Source: an uncultured virus (IMG/VR IMGVR_UViG_3300034108_000261) (taxonomy: Duplodnaviria > Heunggongvirae > Uroviricota > Caudoviricetes). From it: 20,000 bases of DNA. The position numbers were made by a program, and so were the translations under genes. Below the pieces are notes generated by a model. The model saw only the letters and a program-made list of their open reading frames with translations. It did no database searches and was not told where the DNA came from. The DNA is taken from IMG/VR virus record IMGVR_UViG_3300034108_000261; one strand, written 5' to 3'. Below, one piece after another: positions 14,872 to 20,000 of this stretch (its first letter is position 1; each line of letters opens with the position of its first letter).

Positions 14872-15531
14872 TTATACGACCGACGAAGGTTCCATCGCCA
14901 ACCAGTATTCCAACTTCTTGGTCAGGTTGTTAAAGTGCATTGCCTTCTTCTTTCCGAGTGTTACCTCATAGTCATCAGCAATAACCTTCAGGTTCTCGAC
15001 CTTCAGACGACAATCAAAGTCACCATCTGCGTTATTGTCTAGTTCGCGACGGAATGCATTTGCACGAGGATTAGCAGGGTCGCTAACAGTCAGAGTCACC
15101 TTACCGCCCTTTGAGACAACGCTCATGGTCGGAGCAGAAAGAATGGATGCTGCCTTCTGGACCATGCCAATCTCAGCAGCAGTCATCTTGAAGGTGAAGA
15201 ACGGATCAATCTCGAGTGACTTATAGGGAGCAGCGGTAACTACTGATGGGTCAGCATAACCATACTCGAATTCCGACTTGTCCTTACGCAAGAACATACT
15301 CGACTGTTCAAACTCGATATCTTGTTCGTCCCAGATGCTGAGAAGAGCAAGGAGGTTGGGCAAATCATACACTGCGAATTCGCGAGGGAATGATTCGGAG
15401 ACAGTGGCAAGAGTCAGAATGTTCTTACCTTCACTCACGGTCGCAAGAACTGAACCCTCGCGAACGACAATGTTCGTATTAATCGAGGCAAAGTTCTTTA
15501 GAACGGCGAGAGTTTCATTTGAGATCTTCAT
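14872..15531 (-). CDS. 45: DNA polymerase sliding clamp (T4 gp45)
   Basis: MKISNETL.VLKNFASIN, FAVYDL..LL, Y.YADPS and ENLKVI..DYEV...YW.A.E motifs. Lies upstream of 44/62. Confidence 0.95.
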   Translation of the reverse strand: MKISNETLAVLKNFASINTNIVVREGSVLATVSEGKNILTLATVSESFPREFAVYDLPNLLALLSIWDEQDIEFEQSSMFLRKDKSEFEYGYADPSVVTAAPYKSLEIDPFFTFKMTAAEIGMVQKAASILSAPTMSVVSKGGKVTLTVSDPANPRANAFRRELDNNADGDFDCRLKVENLKVIADDYEVTLGKKKAMHFNNLTKKLEYWLAMEPSSVV

Positions 15532-15537
15532 AATATA

Positions 15538-15984
15538 TTAATCCTTAGTAGTCAGAGAGGTTTTAAGACGTGGTAAAGTAATAGTACCACCATCAGTTAT
15601 ACTATCATTATTGAAGAAAGTCAAGGTATTTGTTGCACTTCCCATGGTAGTAAATGATTCAGTATCGGTGTTTAGAACAAAAGTATTTTCGTCGAAATCA
15701 TCTTCGACTCCAACTTCTTCATCATGCACATGTAATGCAATGATTGCGTAATGAATGACCTTCATGAGATCCTTACGCCAGTCTTCAGGTGTTCCCTTGT
15801 GACCATAACGTTGAGCATACTTTAAAATATTCCCAACAGTAAATCCAATACCATGACCACCGTCGATAATAAACTCGGTCGCCTGATATTGGTTTTGTGC
15901 GTAATGTCCATCATATGTGGAATCTACGTAGTCGGTGATCTCCCGTAGGAGATCACCCTCATTATATCTGTATTCAATTGTCAT
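15538..15984 (-). CDS. DUF3310-like protein
   Basis: HY, GF.VGNILKYAQRYG.K and DLMKVIHYA pattern. GGAG RBS. Confidence 0.7.
   Translation of the reverse strand: MTIEYRYNEGDLLREITDYVDSTYDGHYAQNQYQATEFIIDGGHGIGFTVGNILKYAQRYGHKGTPEDWRKDLMKVIHYAIIALHVHDEEVGVEDDFDENTFVLNTDTESFTTMGSATNTLTFFNNDSITDGGTITLPRLKTSLTTKD
15596..15624 (-). promoter_or_regulatory. Intragenic sigma70-like promoter for gene 45 (class B)
   Basis: TTGACT-N17-TATAAC with a spacer similar to the tRNA promoter, about 65 nt upstream of the gene 45 ATG. Confidence 0.65.
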
Positions 15985-15993
15985 AGTTTCTCC

Positions 15994-17139
15994 TTAGAAT
16001 GGGACTTCTTCAGTCATTTGGTTAAAATATGCATCTTCATTCACACCATCATCTGGCACTGCATCAACGTCGACTTTCTTATAGAGGTCGAGGAATGCTG
16101 CCTTGGTATCGGCATCGAAGCGATTAACGCAAAGTTCGATTGCCTTGCTGCGTGAATTAAACATCGCGTAAGCATTGACGATGTGCTCAAGACGACGAGT
16201 AGAAACCAGTTCGTCGACGCCACCGTCGTAGAAAGTCTTACGGATGATTTCCGCCCACGTGGTCAGTTTATCGGCGAATTCTTCGTCGACCTTTCCTGCC
16301 TTCTCCATCTTGTTCAGCACGATCTTCTTTTCGATCTTGGCGGAAGGATATTCCTGCTCAACGGTGATGGCGAAACGCTCAAGGAAAGCATCGTCGAGGA
16401 TTTGGGCAGACATAAACTTGCCATCGTCAGAACCACGACCCTTGGTGTTGGCAGTGGCGATAACGTTGAACCCTGCCTTGGGAAAGATAGTTTCACCAGT
16501 CTTCTTATTGAAGTAAGGTTTGCCCTCAAGGATTGCTTGAAGACACATCATCTTGTTCGAACCACGGTCGATTTCGTCGAGGATGAGGATAGCACCACGC
16601 TTCATGGCGGTCAGGACTGGACCTTCGCGGTAAACAACGTTACCGTCGATCAGGGTGTTACCACCGATCAGATCGTCTTCATCGGTTTCAATCGAGATAT
16701 TGACACGAAGGCATTCGCGCTTCAACTTGGCACATGCCTGTTCAATCATCGTGGTCTTACCGTTACCAGAAAGACCAGAGACGAACGTCGGATAGAACAC
16801 ACCAGCGTTCAAGATCTTGATTAGATCTTTATAAAAACCGAATGGAACGTAAGTCGTGTCAGCAGCAGGAACGAGGTTCTCAATAAGAACTTCCAACTTA
16901 GGAGCGATAACAATCTTCGCTGCTTCGCGAACTGGCATCGGGGTAACGTTGCCTACCATCAGAGGAGACAGGTTATACTTACCACGACCGATACGGTGTT
17001 CGGTCATGTTCAACAACCAGAAGGGAACCTTCTGACCAAGGTCACGGGCAGCGGCAACGATTTCCTTCTTAAGGAAAACACCGTTCTTGGTGTTGTTGGC
17101 GGAGAGTTTTTCAAGCAGTGCTTCACGGTTCATAATCAT
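15994..17139 (-). CDS. CobS-like MoxR-family AAA+ ATPase
   Basis: GLSGNGKT Walker A, ETDEDDLIGG, LILDEID Walker B, IATANTKGRG, AFLERF and STRRL. Start chosen from GAGGA spacing; alternatives lie at 17133-17154. Confidence 0.92.
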   Translation of the reverse strand: MIMNREALLEKLSANNTKNGVFLKKEIVAAARDLGQKVPFWLLNMTEHRIGRGKYNLSPLMVGNVTPMPVREAAKIVIAPKLEVLIENLVPAADTTYVPFGFYKDLIKILNAGVFYPTFVSGLSGNGKTTMIEQACAKLKRECLRVNISIETDEDDLIGGNTLIDGNVVYREGPVLTAMKRGAILILDEIDRGSNKMMCLQAILEGKPYFNKKTGETIFPKAGFNVIATANTKGRGSDDGKFMSAQILDDAFLERFAITVEQEYPSAKIEKKIVLNKMEKAGKVDEEFADKLTTWAEIIRKTFYDGGVDELVSTRRLEHIVNAYAMFNSRSKAIELCVNRFDADTKAAFLDLYKKVDVDAVPDDGVNEDAYFNQMTEEVPF

Positions 17140-17172
17140 ATTCATCATCCTCACATCATCATAATATAATAC

Positions 17173-17201
17173 ATTCTACCGCAAAACGCAGCAGAAGTCA
17201 A
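17173..17201 (-). promoter_or_regulatory. Sigma70-like promoter (class A)
   Basis: TTGACT-N17-TAGAAT, spacer ends TTTTGCGG. Confidence 0.8.
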
Positions 17202-17208
17202 CAGTTTT

Positions 17209-17403
17209 TTAAGAAATAATCAACTCACGCGACTCAACTAGTTCATGAGAACCGTCATTGCAGAAGTCATAATATTCAACGGTTTCATTGCGAAGAAGCA
17301 TAAACCCAGCACCATTGGGATATACAGCACGAAGGACACCATTTTCATCACGCGACCACGAGCAGAGGACGAGAGTTTCAAGTTCAGAGGGGAAATCAAC
17401 CAT
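17209..17403 (-). CDS. Hypothetical 64-aa protein
   Basis: Has its own promoter (17435-17463) and an AAGGA RBS upstream. No motif recognised. Confidence 0.65.
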   Translation of the reverse strand: MVDFPSELETLVLCSWSRDENGVLRAVYPNGAGFMLLRNETVEYYDFCNDGSHELVESRELIIS

Positions 17404-17434
17404 AATAAAATTTTCCTTTTCAAATTATATACAC

Positions 17435-17463
17435 AGTATACCCCAAAAACGAGATAAAGTCAA
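17435..17463 (-). promoter_or_regulatory. Sigma70-like promoter (class A)
   Basis: TTGACT-ttatctcgtttttgggg-TATACT. The spacer is nearly identical to that at 19909-19937. Confidence 0.8.
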
Positions 17464-17600
17464 GCCCTATTCTTGCGATATATGTAAAAAAGATACAAGA
17501 TTATCCACAGCGGCCATAGCGAAAGCGCAATCAAAAACATTGCACCCAATACATAAAATGCAATAACCAAAACTGTCAACAAACCAATCAATTCTAACAC
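17460..17600 (-). CDS. 46-aa membrane protein (absent from the ORF track)
   Basis: GTG start 7 nt after GGGAG. Hand translation MLELIGLLTVLVIAFYVLGAMFLIALSLWPLWIILYLFYIYRKNRA*: continuously hydrophobic with a basic tail. Confidence 0.65.
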   Translation of the reverse strand: MLELIGLLTVLVIAFYVLGAMFLIALSLWPLWIILYLFYIYRKNRA

Positions 17601-17617
17601 AGACCATCTCCCTATCA

Positions 17618-19879
17618 TTATGCTACTGCCCGAATCATTTTGGTAAGCAGAACACGGTTTGCTTGCTTTCCGTTCTGCATCTTTTTGAATGCTTGGAAGA
17701 TTTGCTTCGTATTCTCACTATCAACCTGCAAAGTATCAGCGCCAATCTGAAGGTTCTTGCCACCTGGAACGAGGAAGCGATTGTGGAACCCACCGTGGTT
17801 GTCGAGAGTGAACACACGGTCCTTGACCCATTCTGTCTTCCACTTGGCATCGAAATTGAAGTCATCACCGAGCATACGACGAGCAGTATGCTTTTCGCTG
17901 TATCCTACGATGAAGAAATTGATCACTCGCGAACCAGTCACCTGACCGTAGAGTTCGAGCAATGCCTTCGAGTAGGCAGAGCGCATACCCTTATCGCGGT
18001 CATACTTCACAGTAACCGACTTACGAGTCTTAGCATCTTCAATAGTCAGATTGCTATTGCCGTAGTAGTTATAGGTATTGGTGTTAAAGTTATTGTCACC
18101 GTCACCATCAGTCAAGAACACGGTCGACAGAACTTCGAGACGATGCTTCGAGCGGAACTGTTCAGCAATCGAGCGAGCAACGATAACTGATTCCTCGAGA
18201 GGAGTCGAACCAAGACCGAAGTGATCAGGATACCTGTAAATCAGATTTTTATAACTACCATACGAACGACGATTTTCATATGCATGACCAAGATGCAGCA
18301 ACTTTTTTACAGCATTATTAAACTGTGCACTAGAGCAACTCCCGTCGAGGAACTGATACAAGAAGAAATTTGAATCAGCAATCTGGATATCGTTCTTGTT
18401 TTCACCAGTGGTAATTTCACGATGTTCACGATTGTGCGCAGGGAATGCAGACTTAGCAAACTGGTTATTGATGAAACCGTAAACTTCCAACGGGATACGA
18501 ACCTTACGGCAGAACATTGCCAGCGTAACCATCTGCTCAATCGTGCCTTTCATGTTCATGTCCATAGAACCAGACATGTCGAGGAACATAAGCATGCCAT
18601 GGTTCTTACCGTTAGGCATAATGGTGTGACGAGCGAACAAATCTTCGCTGATCTTATGTGCCCACAAACGATCAGTGTCAAGACGACCAGTCTTAGCAAC
18701 AGTCGCACGAGCAAACTCAGATGCCTTACGACGCATTTCGAATTCTTGAACCATCAGATTGATATACTTTTGGTTGTTCGCACGAAATTCGTTGTAAACC
18801 TTAGTTGCATCAGTTTCAGAATTGACAGTGTTGTAACCATCACGAACAGTAATCTTGATGCTATCAATCACCCGTTTCATTGGAATAATATAGTCAGAAG
18901 GTTTTACGATCGTCAGGTTGCCATAGACATATGGACGCGACTTATCATCGACCAGTTCGTCTTCACGATTGCGGAAGTGTTCGTCGGTTTCAGCGATAGG
19001 ATTTTCGTTGTAATAAGGTTCTTCTTGAAACCCCTTTGAACCATCTGGTTCGCGCGAATCATATTCTTGATCGTCGCCATTTTCACCAGATTCATCTTCA
19101 TCAGTTTCAGAGGTGGTGTTCTCATTGTCAGTTTCGTCAGTCATTCCACCCGATTGACCTTCGCCATCTTGCGTGTCATCGGTTTCTTCCGACTCATCAT
19201 CAGACTGACCATCAGAGGTTTCGGAAGGAGCAGAGGAAGATGAGTCCATGTCGAATTCATCACCCATCATACCACCGAGTTGATCCATCAACTCATCAAA
19301 GGCAGTTTCTTCGGGAGTCTGTTCAGTCTTAGCGAGACCGTAGAGTTCGGTTGCCAACGCCGAAACTTCTTCCCAAGTTTCTAGAACGTCGATGCGGCGC
19401 AGGATTGCCTTCTCATCTTCCGAGAACTGAATGTTCAGGAAAGCACCAACCTTGTAATAAAGGTTGACACGGTCGATGAAGCGAAGTGTATCGAGGTCGC
19501 GACCCTCTACGCCGAAGAAGTTACGCTCAAAGAGTTCCTTGTAACCAGCGTAGAAGTTCTTGCGAATTCCAGGATACTTGTCCTTAACCTTACGCTCAAT
19601 ACGAGCATCTTCGAGAATGTTTAGGAACGACTTGATACCGTTACCACCGTCAGTGATGGCATCGTGCCATCCCGCAGCAGGAGTGTAGAGAGCATGACCG
19701 ATTTCGTGACCGATAAGCAGGTCATAGAGGTCAGCAGACATTTCCTTCCAGATAGGAAGGATCAACGCACGGTCTTGAAGGTTGAACGCTGCGGTTGCAA
19801 CCTTCTGGTGCTCAATGCGGATATTCTCGGAAGCAAGCAACTTAGCGAGAATGGACTTTTCAGAATTAGAAACAGACAT
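17618..19879 (-). CDS. CobT-like protein: N-terminal HEXXH metallopeptidase-like domain, acidic linker, C-terminal VWA domain
   Basis: LIGHEIGHALYT, NILEDARIE, a D/E/S/G-rich linker, MFLDMSGSM (MIDAS DxSxS), STPL and FLTDGD. Adjacent to the MoxR ATPase. Confidence 0.88.
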   Translation of the reverse strand: MSVSNSEKSILAKLLASENIRIEHQKVATAAFNLQDRALILPIWKEMSADLYDLLIGHEIGHALYTPAAGWHDAITDGGNGIKSFLNILEDARIERKVKDKYPGIRKNFYAGYKELFERNFFGVEGRDLDTLRFIDRVNLYYKVGAFLNIQFSEDEKAILRRIDVLETWEEVSALATELYGLAKTEQTPEETAFDELMDQLGGMMGDEFDMDSSSSAPSETSDGQSDDESEETDDTQDGEGQSGGMTDETDNENTTSETDEDESGENGDDQEYDSREPDGSKGFQEEPYYNENPIAETDEHFRNREDELVDDKSRPYVYGNLTIVKPSDYIIPMKRVIDSIKITVRDGYNTVNSETDATKVYNEFRANNQKYINLMVQEFEMRRKASEFARATVAKTGRLDTDRLWAHKISEDLFARHTIMPNGKNHGMLMFLDMSGSMDMNMKGTIEQMVTLAMFCRKVRIPLEVYGFINNQFAKSAFPAHNREHREITTGENKNDIQIADSNFFLYQFLDGSCSSAQFNNAVKKLLHLGHAYENRRSYGSYKNLIYRYPDHFGLGSTPLEESVIVARSIAEQFRSKHRLEVLSTVFLTDGDGDNNFNTNTYNYYGNSNLTIEDAKTRKSVTVKYDRDKGMRSAYSKALLELYGQVTGSRVINFFIVGYSEKHTARRMLGDDFNFDAKWKTEWVKDRVFTLDNHGGFHNRFLVPGGKNLQIGADTLQVDSENTKQIFQAFKKMQNGKQANRVLLTKMIRAVA

Positions 19880-19908
19880 CACAAAACCTCATCATCAATT
19901 TATATTCC

Positions 19909-19937
19909 ATTCTACCCCAAAATGAGATAAAAGTCAA
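19909..19937 (-). promoter_or_regulatory. Sigma70-like promoter (class A)
   Basis: TTGACT-tttatctcattttgggg-TAGAAT, about 30 nt upstream of the ATG. Confidence 0.8.
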
Positions 19938-20000
19938 CACTTATTTTGAGATTTTTGTAAATTAATAACAGGCAGTGACCCTTGCGTATCGCACGAAACG

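Noticed and set aside
15994..17139. cobS as a cobalamin-biosynthesis auxiliary metabolic gene
   Set aside because: No cobN or other cob genes are in the window, and the motifs only support a generic MoxR-type AAA+ ATPase.
17467..17607. Alternative 46-codon Cys-rich frame (MVCVRIDW...)
   Set aside because: The ATG directly abuts the GGGAG, so spacing is too short. The overlapping GTG frame has proper spacing and a coherent membrane-protein pattern.
16183..19332. Long plus-strand ORFs (16183-16824, 17663-18190, 18422-19039, 19036-19332)
   Set aside because: They are antisense shadows of strongly codon-biased minus-strand genes, with no recognisable motifs.
20..19879. No called gene ends in TAG, which might suggest amber recoding
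   Set aside because: All core genes are full-length under the standard code with no in-frame TAG, and no suppressor tRNA is present. TAG avoidance alone is common.
1..20000. CRISPR arrays, IS elements, integrase, reverse transcriptase/DGR repeats
   Set aside because: No regularly spaced repeats or matching protein motifs were seen.

Overview
This is a 20 kb segment of a T4-like (Tevenvirinae/Kyanoviridae-type) myovirus genome with every credible gene on the minus strand. Read right to left it carries: a CobT-like HEXXH-peptidase/VWA protein and a CobS-like MoxR AAA+ ATPase, a DUF3310-like protein, gp45, a Prx5 peroxiredoxin, gp44, gp62, regA, hsp20, a signal-peptide-bearing NucA-type nuclease, gp43 polymerase, uvsX, a small Cys4 protein, a radical SAM enzyme, gp41 helicase, a 2OG-Fe(II) oxygenase, tRNA-Arg(UCU) and two tandem GT2 glycosyltransferases. 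A late-promoter unit follows, encoding two very His-rich proteins (ligase-like fold; HxGH nucleotidyltransferase) and a 2-TM protein. The main signals are: (1) the His-rich, Cys/Trp-free enzyme pair with T4 capsid-targeting-like peptides, directly preceded by a ~90-nt structured intergenic RNA candidate; (2) a ROSE-like RNA thermometer on the phage hsp20; (3) an inverted repeat that would hide the gp43 RBS only on read-through transcripts; (4) a pseudoknot/switch-like leader before gp44; (5) an AT-rich radical SAM/oxygenase/glycosyltransferase set around the helicase and tRNA; (6) two recurring sigma70-like promoter classes. Family assignments come from motif recognition by eye; no searches were run.
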